From Candidatus Pacearchaeota archaeon UBA92 (GTDB lineage: Archaea > Nanobdellota > Nanobdellia > Pacearchaeales > GW2011-AR1), in contig DANJ01000001.1 of assembly GCA_002497285.1 (NCBI GenBank), forward strand, positions 1-32,000: a stretch of DNA of 32,000 nt, in the 5' to 3' direction. Made by a program: the position numbers and the translations under genes. Below, one piece after another: positions 21,267 to 30,500 of the stretch. The notes below the pieces were generated by a model that saw only the letters and a list, made by a program, of their open reading frames with translations, ran no database searches and was not told where the DNA came from. How positions within the stretch are numbered: position 1 is the first letter of the stretch; each line of letters starts with the position of its first letter.

Positions 21267-21671
21267 ATGAACTTAGCAAAAAAGACAGAAAGATTTGAAT
21301 TAAAACACCAGATTACCTCCTTTCTAATCATCATGTTATTAACCCTCTTAATCGCTAGATTTATCGCCTCGGTTTATGACCCGAATTTAATAATTAAAGG
21401 CTTCGAAATACACCACTTTTACTATGGGCTTATACTCCTCATAATTATTTCTTTAATAATGCTCTTCGAAAAAGGGGAATTTAAAATTAATCTGATAATT
21501 ACTGCAATCGCGATAGGTTTAATCATTGATGAACTAATTTTAGTAGGCACAGAAATAAAAGAACCCCTTAAGTATAATTCAACAATCTATTCAGTTATTA
21601 TTTTAGCCCTGGCAGTCGTGTTAATAGTCGAATTCATATCCTATATCTTAAAAAATAATAAAAATGCCTAA
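21267..21671 (+). CDS. Small 4-TM membrane protein inserted between the Hef helicase and nuclease genes
   Basis: 134 aa and hydrophobic. An AT-rich TATA-like box at 21234-21245 lies about 27 nt upstream. Its stop overlaps the nuclease start by 8 nt (ATGCCTAA). Confidence 0.5.
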   Translation: MNLAKKTERFELKHQITSFLIIMLLTLLIARFIASVYDPNLIIKGFEIHHFYYGLILLIIISLIMLFEKGEFKINLIITAIAIGLIIDELILVGTEIKEPLKYNSTIYSVIILALAVVLIVEFISYILKNNKNA

Positions 21672-22329
21672 ATTCTTCAACATCTTCTCAAACAAAAAAG
21701 AAAAGAAAGAAGAGCTAAATATAACAATAGACAACAGAGAGAGAAACTCCTTAGTCATCTCTGAACTAATCAAACTTGGATTTAAGATACAATTCTCCCA
21801 ATTACCCGTTGCAGATTACATAATAAAAGATACAGCCATAGAAAGAAAGACAATTTCAGACTTCAAATCCTCAATAATAAATAAACGCATTTTCTCACAG
21901 TTATTAGAAATAAAGCAATATCCAAAACATTTCATAATTTTAGAAGGCTTGGAATCCGAAGATCCTTATTCAGGAACAATTCATGAAAACGCTTTTCGTG
22001 GTTTCCTCCTCTCAATAGCCCTAGAATACAGGGTTCCGATTATTTTCACATTAAACGAAAAAGACACTGCAAAATACCTATATGTTTTAGCAAGAAAAAA
22101 AGAAAATCCAAATTTTTCAATAAGGGCTTCAAAATCTCAACTTTCAGATAAAGAACAATTACAATTCATTCTTGAGGGTTTTCCTGGAATCGGCCCAACA
22201 ACTGCAAAGAAACTTCTAACAGAATATAAAACAATAAAAGATTTAACAAATGCTTCAAAGGAAGATTTAGAAAAACTAATTGGGAAAAAGGCAGAAAAAC
22301 TATACGATTTGATTAATTTAAAATATTAA
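21664..22329 (+). CDS. XPF/Hef-type ERCC4 nuclease with C-terminal (HhH)2 domain
   Basis: ITIDNRERNS, ...PVADYIIKDTAIERKTISDFKSSI (ERKxxxD signature) and LEGFPGIGPTTAKKLL...LTNASKEDLEKLIG (HhH2). Confidence 0.8.
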   Translation: MPKFFNIFSNKKEKKEELNITIDNRERNSLVISELIKLGFKIQFSQLPVADYIIKDTAIERKTISDFKSSIINKRIFSQLLEIKQYPKHFIILEGLESEDPYSGTIHENAFRGFLLSIALEYRVPIIFTLNEKDTAKYLYVLARKKENPNFSIRASKSQLSDKEQLQFILEGFPGIGPTTAKKLLTEYKTIKDLTNASKEDLEKLIGKKAEKLYDLINLKY

Positions 22330-22633
22330 TTCTCAAAACCTCGATTTCTTTCTCCTCTTCATAATCTATAACGATTCCGTTTACAAAGACTTTCTTATCC
22401 ATAAACCCTTTCTCACATCCCTCACAAACTAATTTTATTCCATTAACATTGATTATTAAAAGATTTCCATAGAGATTTTCCTGCATAACAACTCCATTAA
22501 TCGTTACTTTCTGATTCTCCTCTAAATTACTAATGTCCCCATAATTATTAACTTCTTTAGAAGGCAAAAAGTTAATCATTCCCACTAAAAGTGTAATTCC
22601 CAAAAGAGCCCCAAGAAAAGCAATTTTTCTCAT
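22313..22633 (-). CDS. Membrane-anchored small beta-rich (OB-like) protein
   Basis: Signal/anchor MRKIAFLGALLGITLLVGMINF, then QKVTINGVVMQE..LLIINVNGIKLVCEGCEKGFMDKKVFVNGIVIDYEEE. Overlaps the nuclease 3' end convergently by 17 nt. Confidence 0.4.
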   Translation of the reverse strand: MRKIAFLGALLGITLLVGMINFLPSKEVNNYGDISNLEENQKVTINGVVMQENLYGNLLIINVNGIKLVCEGCEKGFMDKKVFVNGIVIDYEEEKEIEVLRINILN

Positions 22634-22652
22634 GAATTTATAAACAATAAAG

Positions 22653-22660
22653 ATTTAAAT
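22653..22660. promoter_or_regulatory. Shared palindromic TATA box (ATTTAAAT) between divergent leaderless genes
   Basis: The centre is 24.5 nt from ATG 22681 (+) and 23.5 nt from ATG 22633 (-). The intergenic region is 47 bp. Confidence 0.45.
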
Positions 22661-22680
22661 CCTTTATCCTTAACTTAAAA

Positions 22681-23814
22681 ATGAACGACAAAGAAAGATA
22701 TGAATTAATAACGAGAAACTTAGAAGAAGTTATTGAGGGAAAAGAACTTGAAGAATTAATTAAAAACAAGGAAAAGCTTAAGCATTATATCGGATTCGAA
22801 ATTTCTGGAAAGATTCATTTAGGAACTGGTTTAATGTCAATGTTAAAAGTTAAAGACCTTATTGAAGCAGGAGTAGATTGTTCAGTATTTCTGGCTGACT
22901 GGCACTCTTGGATTAATGACAAACTGGGAGGTGACAGAGAAATTATCAAAAAGATTGCAGTTGGTTACTTTAAAGAGGGAATGATTGCAAGTATGAAATG
23001 TCTTGGAGGGAATCCCTCAAAACTAAAGTTCATCCTTGGCTCTGACTTATATCACAAAAATGATGATTATTGGGCAACAATGGTAGATGTTAGCAAAAAT
23101 ACAACACTTGGACGTATGCAAAGATCAATTACAATAATGGGGCGCCAGGAAGGAGAATCCGTCGACTTTGCAAAACTCCTTTACCCCCCAATGCAAGTAG
23201 CAGACATCTTCTTTCAAGAATTAAACATTGCACATTCTGGACTTGACCAAAGAAAAGCCCATGTCATAGCAAGAGAAGTTGCTAACAAAATGAGAATTTC
23301 CCCGCTACTAAACAAGAAAAAAGAAAAAATTAAACCAATAGCCCTGCATCATCATCTTATTTTAGGTTTAGGTAAACCTCCAATGTGGCCAGTTGATAGA
23401 GAAAGAATTCAGGAAGTATGGTCTGCATTAAAAATGAGTAAATCTAAACCAAATACGGCCATATTCATACACGATTCTCCAGAAGAAATAAAAAACAAGA
23501 TCATGGGTGCCTTTTGTCCTGAAAAAGAGATAGAATTCAACCCTGTTATTGACTGGTGTAGATATCTTATCTTCAGAACCGAAAAATCAAAATTAGAAGT
23601 AAAAAGACCTGAAAAATTTGGAGGAGACAAAACCTATAAATCGTTTAAAATGTTAGAATCTGATTTCTCATCTGGAAAACTTCACCCAAGTGATTTAAAA
23701 AGTGCCGTATCCGAAGAATTAATAAAATTACTCGAGCCTGCAAGAAAACATTTCGCGCAACCAAAGCAAAAGAAGATGATTCAAGAAATGGAAAAGCTTC
23801 TCATTGCAAGATAA
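22681..23814 (+). CDS. tyrS: Tyrosyl-tRNA synthetase, archaeal type
   Basis: HYIGFEISGKIHLGTG (HIGH region), YPPMQVADI, KMSKSKP, and RPEKFGGDKTYKSF..LESDFSSGKLHPSDLKSAVSEELIKLLEPARKHF. These closely parallel M. jannaschii TyrRS (AYIGFEPSGKIHLGH, YPIMQVNDI, KMSSSKG, RPEKFGGDLTV..ELHPMDLKNAVAEELIKILEPIRKRL). Confidence 0.9.
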   Translation: MNDKERYELITRNLEEVIEGKELEELIKNKEKLKHYIGFEISGKIHLGTGLMSMLKVKDLIEAGVDCSVFLADWHSWINDKLGGDREIIKKIAVGYFKEGMIASMKCLGGNPSKLKFILGSDLYHKNDDYWATMVDVSKNTTLGRMQRSITIMGRQEGESVDFAKLLYPPMQVADIFFQELNIAHSGLDQRKAHVIAREVANKMRISPLLNKKKEKIKPIALHHHLILGLGKPPMWPVDRERIQEVWSALKMSKSKPNTAIFIHDSPEEIKNKIMGAFCPEKEIEFNPVIDWCRYLIFRTEKSKLEVKRPEKFGGDKTYKSFKMLESDFSSGKLHPSDLKSAVSEELIKLLEPARKHFAQPKQKKMIQEMEKLLIAR

Positions 23815-24723
23815 TCAATCCATATGAAATTCAATAACATCTTTATCCTTCAAAACATGATTCAACCCAGCCTTCTGATTTGCAAACTTTGCTGATGGCC
23901 CAGTTAATCGAGTTTCTTTAATTCTTGCAGAAAAACCCTTTAATATCTTTTCAGCAACATCCCTAACACGACTTCCTTCCTTCAAAACCATAGGGTCCTT
24001 AGCAGCCTTCTTCCCTGGCTCCTTAGTATAAACCCTAATAACCTTCATCTTATGAAAAATCATCTCCTTTAATTTCTCAATACCTTCCCCATTTATTGAA
24101 GAAACTAAAACAAAATTCTTGAGCCGTTTAGACTTGCATCTCTCTCCCAGTTTCCTTTTCTCATTGTTGTCTAATAAGTCTAATTTATTTATTACAATAA
24201 TCCTTTCCCCTCTTGCCCTAGATAACCATTCTCCAACTTCATCCAGTTCAGCCAAACCGGCAACAACAACAAGCAAACAATCTGCGTTATTTACTAAACC
24301 CACATCATAATATTCGCTTTTTATTGCAGGCGTATCTATTATTTGCGCCCTAACGCCCTCATAATCCATTGTTCCTATTTCAGAATATCTTGTTGAAAAC
24401 ATATGCTCTGAAACGGAAGATTTTGCATTAGTTAGTTTCCCGAGTAAGGCACTTTTTCCAGAATTAGTCTTTCCGACTAAAACAACTTGATACCCTTCTT
24501 TCCTTATTCCTTTCTTTCCACCCTTGCCTTTCCTAATTTTTTCTGATTGTTCCTTTAGTTTCTTTAATCTTGATCTTAATCCAGCCAATAAATTCTCACT
24601 TGACTTGTGTTTAGGCGCCTTCCTAATCATCTCTTCAAGCCAGTATATCTTGTCTTCAACATTTTCAGCTTCTAAGTAGCTCTTTTCAACTTCAAAAAAT
24701 TCATATCCTGCATTTACGGGCAT
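23815..24723 (-). CDS. DRG/Obg-family GTP-binding protein with C-terminal TGS domain (shortened switch II)
   Basis: N-terminal KHKSSENLLAGLRSRLKKLKEQ, G1 GKTNSGKS, G3 position IIDTPAI (Ala instead of Gly), G4 NKLD, and TGS-like IRVYTKEPGKK..PMVLKEGSRVRDVAEKI...LKDKDVIEF. Confidence 0.7.
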   Translation of the reverse strand: MPVNAGYEFFEVEKSYLEAENVEDKIYWLEEMIRKAPKHKSSENLLAGLRSRLKKLKEQSEKIRKGKGGKKGIRKEGYQVVLVGKTNSGKSALLGKLTNAKSSVSEHMFSTRYSEIGTMDYEGVRAQIIDTPAIKSEYYDVGLVNNADCLLVVVAGLAELDEVGEWLSRARGERIIVINKLDLLDNNEKRKLGERCKSKRLKNFVLVSSINGEGIEKLKEMIFHKMKVIRVYTKEPGKKAAKDPMVLKEGSRVRDVAEKILKGFSARIKETRLTGPSAKFANQKAGLNHVLKDKDVIEFHMD

Positions 24724-24912
24724 TTAATTTCTCCTCAGCCTTTCTACAGCTACAATTATACTTACAACAATAGAACCTAATAAACCTATTCCTGAAATTA
24801 ACAATCCAATAACGTCTAAAAAGCCAAGTTTTAATAATGTAATTGAGAAGTAAAGAAATATTGAGAAATTAATCATTTGATAAAGAATGTCTAATTTCTG
24901 GCTAAATTTCAT
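24724..24912 (-). CDS. 62-aa two-helix membrane protein, directly abutting the GTPase gene
   Basis: INFSIFLYFSITLLKLGFLDVIGLLISGIGLLGSIVVSIIVAV. Its stop abuts the GTPase ATG. Confidence 0.4.
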   Translation of the reverse strand: MKFSQKLDILYQMINFSIFLYFSITLLKLGFLDVIGLLISGIGLLGSIVVSIIVAVERLRRN

Positions 24913-24913
24913 T

Positions 24914-25018
24914 TTACATTAGTAAAGCTCTAATTATCCCAAAAATGATCACGCCCAAGGCTATAAGTCCTATTATCCATGCAATAATTTGTAACGGAGG
25001 AATTTTCTGCGTTTTCAT
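24914..25018 (-). CDS. Unannotated 34-aa single-TM mini-ORF, first gene of the GTPase transcript
   Basis: My translation is MKTQKIPPLQIIAWIIGLIALGVIIFGIIRALLM. Its TAA lies 1 nt before the next ATG. A TATA-like box is centred about 25 nt upstream. Confidence 0.35.
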   Translation of the reverse strand: MKTQKIPPLQIIAWIIGLIALGVIIFGIIRALLM

Positions 25019-25038
25019 ATCCTACTAAAGAGCATAAC

Positions 25039-25048
25039 TTTTATTAAT
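25039..25048. promoter_or_regulatory. Single AT box between divergent leaderless genes
   Basis: ttttattaat. Its centre is about 27 nt from ATG 25070 (+) and about 25 nt from ATG 25018 (-). The intergenic region is 51 bp. Confidence 0.4.
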
Positions 25049-25069
25049 CCTCCTATTCTGCATGAATTA

Positions 25070-26269
25070 ATGAATTTCCAAAAATATAAGCTAAAAAATG
25101 GAATTACTCTCCTGTTCGAAAAGAGAAACCTTCCAATAATCTCCTTGAGCATTTCAAATTCGTTTGGAGCATCTTCAGAATCAGAAAAAATAAAGGGAAT
25201 AGCCCATTTTATAGAGCACCTTCTTTTTACAGGAACTAAAACAAGAAGTCATGAAGACATTTCAAGAGAGATAGAGAAAAGAGGAGGAATATTAAATGCA
25301 TTCACTTCTAACGATATAACTTCTTACTGGTTTAAGCTTCCTTCAGAGCATCTTTTCACAGGCTTGGATATTTTAATAGATATGTTAAAAAATCCATTAT
25401 TCGAAGAAAAAAAGTTTGAAAAAGAAAAAAAAGTAATTTTAGAAGAAATAAAAATGTATCACGATATGCCTCAAAGACACATTTACGACAAGATTGTTGA
25501 AAACTTATATGGAAAACCCTTTGGACTGGGGGTAATTGGAACCAAAGAAACAGTTTCTTCACTAAAGAGAGATTTTGTATTTGAATACTTTAAAAAAAAT
25601 TATTCTTCTGAAAATTACATAATCACTCTTGTTGGTTCAGCAGATATAAAAAAAGTCTGTGAATATTTGGAATCCAAATTTAAGCCAGAAAATAAATCTC
25701 TTAATAAAATAGAAATAAAAAAGATTAACAAAGAATCAATTGAAGAAAGGTCTGGTTTAGATCAAGCACATTTCATGTTAGCCGTTCACGCCCCTCTTGC
25801 AACAGATCCTAAACGTTACGTCTTAGAGGTTCTAGACGCCTATCTAGCCAGCGGAATGTCTTCGCGTCTATTTCTAGAAATTAGAGAGAAAAGAGGTCTT
25901 GCATATGCAATCCGAAGCAGTTATGAATTAGAAAAAAATTATGCCTATTATGGAATCTATGTCGGAACCACAAAACCTGCATTAAAGGAAGTAAAGGAAC
26001 TCATCCTTGAAGAATTCAAAAATGTAGACAAAATGACTAAAAAAGACTTAGAAGAAGCAAAAGAAAGACTAATAGGGCTAAGAAAAGTATCTTCAGAAGA
26101 AAGCGTAAATGTAATGAACGAACTAGTGTTCGCAGAATTAAGCACCGGGAGTGCAGAAGAATACTATAAGCAGGAAGAAAAAATAAAAACCGTAACTTTA
26201 GAGCAAGTTAAAACGCTTGCAAAGGACATTATCAAAACATATAGTACTGCAATAATCGCACCCAAATAA
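25070..26269 (+). CDS. M16 (pitrilysin/insulinase) family zinc peptidase
   Basis: Inverted zinc motif HFIEHLLFTGT (HxxEH) with the downstream Glu region REIEKRGGILNAFT. About 400 aa with the two-lobe M16 layout. Confidence 0.8.
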   Translation: MNFQKYKLKNGITLLFEKRNLPIISLSISNSFGASSESEKIKGIAHFIEHLLFTGTKTRSHEDISREIEKRGGILNAFTSNDITSYWFKLPSEHLFTGLDILIDMLKNPLFEEKKFEKEKKVILEEIKMYHDMPQRHIYDKIVENLYGKPFGLGVIGTKETVSSLKRDFVFEYFKKNYSSENYIITLVGSADIKKVCEYLESKFKPENKSLNKIEIKKINKESIEERSGLDQAHFMLAVHAPLATDPKRYVLEVLDAYLASGMSSRLFLEIREKRGLAYAIRSSYELEKNYAYYGIYVGTTKPALKEVKELILEEFKNVDKMTKKDLEEAKERLIGLRKVSSEESVNVMNELVFAELSTGSAEEYYKQEEKIKTVTLEQVKTLAKDIIKTYSTAIIAPK

Positions 26270-26305
26270 TAATAAAATATAAATAAAACTATTTCTTAAA
26301 AATAA

Positions 26306-27505
26306 ATGCTGCTAGAAATTATTCTGGCATTGATTCTCGGAACCATAGCTGGCACCTTCACAGGCATAACTCCTGGAATCCACATAAATCTTATAGCCCT
26401 AATCCTTGTATCCCTAATTCCTTCCTTTCCCAATGTCCAAGCAATCGCACTCGTTATATTTGTTGTGTCTATGGCTACAACTCACACATTCATAGATTTC
26501 ATTCCTTCCATTTTCCTAGGCGCTCCTGAAGAAGATACTTTTCTTTCCGTTCTTCCAGGACATCAGATGTTGAAACAAGGAAAAGCGTATGAAGCAATAA
26601 TCTTAACGTTGTACGGCTCCGCCTCAGCCCTTATAATAATTCTCTTATTCATTCCAATATTCATTTATATCGTCCCAGCATTTTTCTCCGCAATTCAAAC
26701 AATATTTCCGTACCTTCTAATTTTTATTTCTGTTTACTTAATTTTTAGAGAAGATAATTTCATCCTCGCCCTAACCATATTTCTTATGACTGGTTTTCTG
26801 GGACTTGCATCATTCAATCTTCCAATAGAACAACCACTATTCCCACTTTTAACGGGATTATTCGGTTCTTCAGCATTAATCATTTCAATAAAACAAAAAA
26901 CTTCAATTCCATATCAAGAAATAACCCCAATAAGGGAGATAAAGATTACTAAAAAAGAATATTTCAAAAGCCTATTGGGCAGTATCATCTCCGCACCCCT
27001 CTGTTCATTCCTTCCGGGTGTTGGCTCCGGCCATGCGGCAATTATTGGCTCAGAGTTTATTGAACAAAGCCAGAAAGGATTCCTTGTTCTTCTTGGAGCA
27101 ATAAATACAATTGTGACGGGTTTGAGTTTCATAACCCTCTTTTCTTTAGGAAAAACAAGAACCGGCGCCGCACTTGCAGTAAAAGAAATAATTGGAACAA
27201 TTTCAATTCAGAATTTAATAATTTTAACTTGTGCAATAATAATTTCAGGGATTCTATCTTTCTTTATTGCAATTAAAATTTCAAAAACCTTTTCCAAGTA
27301 TATTGGCAAGATAAATTATCAATATCTTTCCATAGCAATCCTGGTAATCCTATCCGCCATGATCTTATTGCTCTCTAACTTTCTCGGATTTTTAACATTT
27401 GTAGTTGCAACGTCTCTCGGAATTTACACAATCCTTTCAGGAGCAAGAAGAATAAACCTTATGGGCGTTTTATTAATCCCAACAATTATCTCTTATTTAG
27501 TCTAA
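26306..27505 (+). CDS. TctA/DUF112-family polytopic membrane protein
   Basis: 399 aa and roughly 10 or more TM. Duplicated PG-containing motif (FTGITPGIHINL and SFLPGVGSGHAAIIGS), typical of TctA-like proteins. Confidence 0.5.
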   Translation: MLLEIILALILGTIAGTFTGITPGIHINLIALILVSLIPSFPNVQAIALVIFVVSMATTHTFIDFIPSIFLGAPEEDTFLSVLPGHQMLKQGKAYEAIILTLYGSASALIIILLFIPIFIYIVPAFFSAIQTIFPYLLIFISVYLIFREDNFILALTIFLMTGFLGLASFNLPIEQPLFPLLTGLFGSSALIISIKQKTSIPYQEITPIREIKITKKEYFKSLLGSIISAPLCSFLPGVGSGHAAIIGSEFIEQSQKGFLVLLGAINTIVTGLSFITLFSLGKTRTGAALAVKEIIGTISIQNLIILTCAIIISGILSFFIAIKISKTFSKYIGKINYQYLSIAILVILSAMILLLSNFLGFLTFVVATSLGIYTILSGARRINLMGVLLIPTIISYLV

Positions 27506-30500
27506 ACCCATTTTCCTAGTCCTTCTTGTTTCTCCTTTTCTTTCCCGAACATACTCTGAATATCCTTCTCAGTCAATTCAAGACATTCAACTAAATAATC
27601 ACTTACCCCATAGTTTTTCGCCAAATCTAAAGCTTTTTGCAGATATTTTATGATACTACCTTCAGAGATAGTAAAGATTATTTTTCCTCCACACTTAGTG
27701 CATCTTCCCAATAGGGGAGGTCTTCTAAATTTTTCATTACATCCGACACATCTGAAAACCTGCATAGAAAACTTTCTAAAATTACCTCTTGTATCTCTGA
27801 TAAAATGTCTTTCTATAATCAGTCTCGCAACATCTGTCGTATCCACAGCCCTTATCTTTTCACACAAATTCATCATATTTTCAACTTTTTCAGCCATAGT
27901 TGGAAGAGACTTATAAGAAGAGTTGACAACTCCGCTGTTGATATCTTCAGAGCCATGTGTAAATCCAATATTAGTAAATGGATCCAACTCGTTCTTTAAT
28001 CTGTAACCTATATTTTCAACTTTCACTTCAGAAGAATGTTTTCCTGCTTCTGCAAACTCATACAATTCTAAAGGATAAGCCTCACATTCAAAGTCTAATA
28101 TTTGGTCATCAACTTCTCCCGCATTTATCTTTGAGTTTAATACTAATGGCGCATCCTGTGTACCTCCCCTATGTGAAGGCAAAAATTTTCTAGAGAAATT
28201 AAGGAGCAAATCCATTAATAAGATAGCTGCAGCTTCATCCCCATCACAATCTCTCCTCATTGCTGCATGCATAAATGGGCTTGCTAAAAGACTTTGTGTC
28301 TTTGAAAAACCGATAAGTCTTCCAACAGTAGCAGTACAAATATGAGGTGCAATGCAGGCAAACATACTGCCAATTAAATCTTCTTTCTTATTAACATTGA
28401 AATATCTCGGCAAGCCATAAAACTTCTCGAGCTCGTCATCAATAAATTTACTAACATTAAGGAAAACATCATCTGCTCTTTCATCAGGAGATTCTAAACA
28501 TGCAGGAAGCACAATATCGTGTGGAAAAATTTCAATAATCTGTGCTCCGTTTTCCAAATCCTTGCCGAAAATATCTTTTTCATAACCTAACTCCTTCAGT
28601 TTCTCAATGCTTGTCCCTATTTCCACGGGCTTGAAATGAGTTAGAGGCATTTCAGTCATATCATATCTTATAGTTCCATCCTTATTCACATGCAGGTCAT
28701 ATTTTGCCCTTAACAAACCCTTTGCAAGATTCTCACAACTATGCCCTCCACTTGTAGTTCCCCTAACGCCTTTAATTGCAACAGGAAGCTCTTCAATTCT
28801 AGACCCTGTAAGTTTCTTCGCAATTTCAAAATAATGTCTCATGTCTATCCTTTTCTCTTTGAAATCTCTTCCGTTATCATGTTCAGTACATTTATCTGCA
28901 GAGGTTTTATCACATACATAGCAATAACTTGTTTTCCTACAAACTTGTCCACAATTTTCACATTTAGAATAGATGGTATCGTTTTTGCAAGAGTCACAAT
29001 AATAATTAGGAAATTCAGATTTGACTGTACCTATTTCAACGGCTGCTTGTACACTCCTAAGCCTTCCTCCTTCTACACCTACCGGGAATAAAACATGCGG
29101 ACTTCCAGTAAGTTTCCTAAGTTTAGCTTTTTCGGGTCTGCCCATTCTTGAACCGATGAATGTTCCAGACTTATCCTTAATTTTGAACTGTGACAATGTA
29201 TTAATTACTTCCAAAACATTTCCGTCTTTAGAGATCTTTTTTATAAGTTCGTCTATCTGTCTTTCTAATTCTCCTTCTCTAAGTCCAAGATTTGAAAGAA
29301 ATCCTTTAGACGTTTCTCCTTTCAACACTACATTTTCTAAAGTAACTTCATGTTCACACCCTATTAATTCCAAAGCTCTCTTGCCCTTGGCAAATCTTTC
29401 TCTATCACTAGAAGAATATGGAAGAATAATACTATCTTCTTTAATTTCGCCTCTTGCTACCCAATCAATCAAATCTAAAAATCCTTTATAGTTTATTTGA
29501 TTCCAATAAAAAATAAAACTAGGGTGTAGAGGTATTGAATATTCCTCTGAAAATTCCTTAGCTTCCTTAAAATTCACATTTCTAAAATCTTCAACACTTC
29601 CTCCTGCCTTTTTCAAATCCAAATTCCACCATTCCTCAACATATCCCGGCTTAATAAGATCATAATTTCTGTTCAAAACATCTCCAAATGGCATAAGCAA
29701 ATCCCCAAGAAAAATTATTTCCTTAATCTCTTTATACAATTTTTTCCCTTCTTCATAACTATTAACTTTCCTCACGCTTCCATTTTTCAATTTAACAATA
29801 GGCCCATCTATATCTTGACAAGAAGAAACTGCACATCCTTTTGTAGGTTTTTCTATTTTAAGCTGGGTTCCAAAGGAAATAAAATCATCTGTAATTGCCA
29901 TCGTGGCCGGATGAACAGAAGCCGCAGAGAATCCGCCAGTTCTTCCTCTCCCATATCTAAACCTAAATCCTCCTGGGCTTCCTGGATGCCCAAAAACAGG
30001 TCTGCCTGCAACCAAATCCTTAATATATGTTGGAGAACTATCTCCTCCCTTAACTTGTCTTTTGTTATGTATCTCAATATAGTCCTCAAGAAAATCCCAT
30101 CCGCTTGTCTTAAACCCTTTTTCTTTAGCCCCTTTCAAAAGTCTCCATCCCTTCTGTGCCTTTTGCGCCAAACCTTCAGAAAAAATCAAACACATTCCTC
30201 CTCGAATAAAATTAGTATCTATTCTCTCTAAATCCTTATAATTCGAAACTTCTCTTTGTTCAGTAGGCTCACCTGTAATCTGTATAGGAAGGTTTTTAGC
30301 AAGAAAAACTATCTCTTCCTCTGTTGGTAAATATTGAAGATTGTTGACTCTTTCGTGGTAATCGTAATTTTCAGTAACATACCTTCTTATTTCATCTTCA
30401 CTAGGATCATATTTTGCATAGCCAAAAGATTCTCTAAGATAATCTATAATCATAAGCACGACACATCCAGCAGTCGTCCCCGCACTTCTTATTGGCCCAG

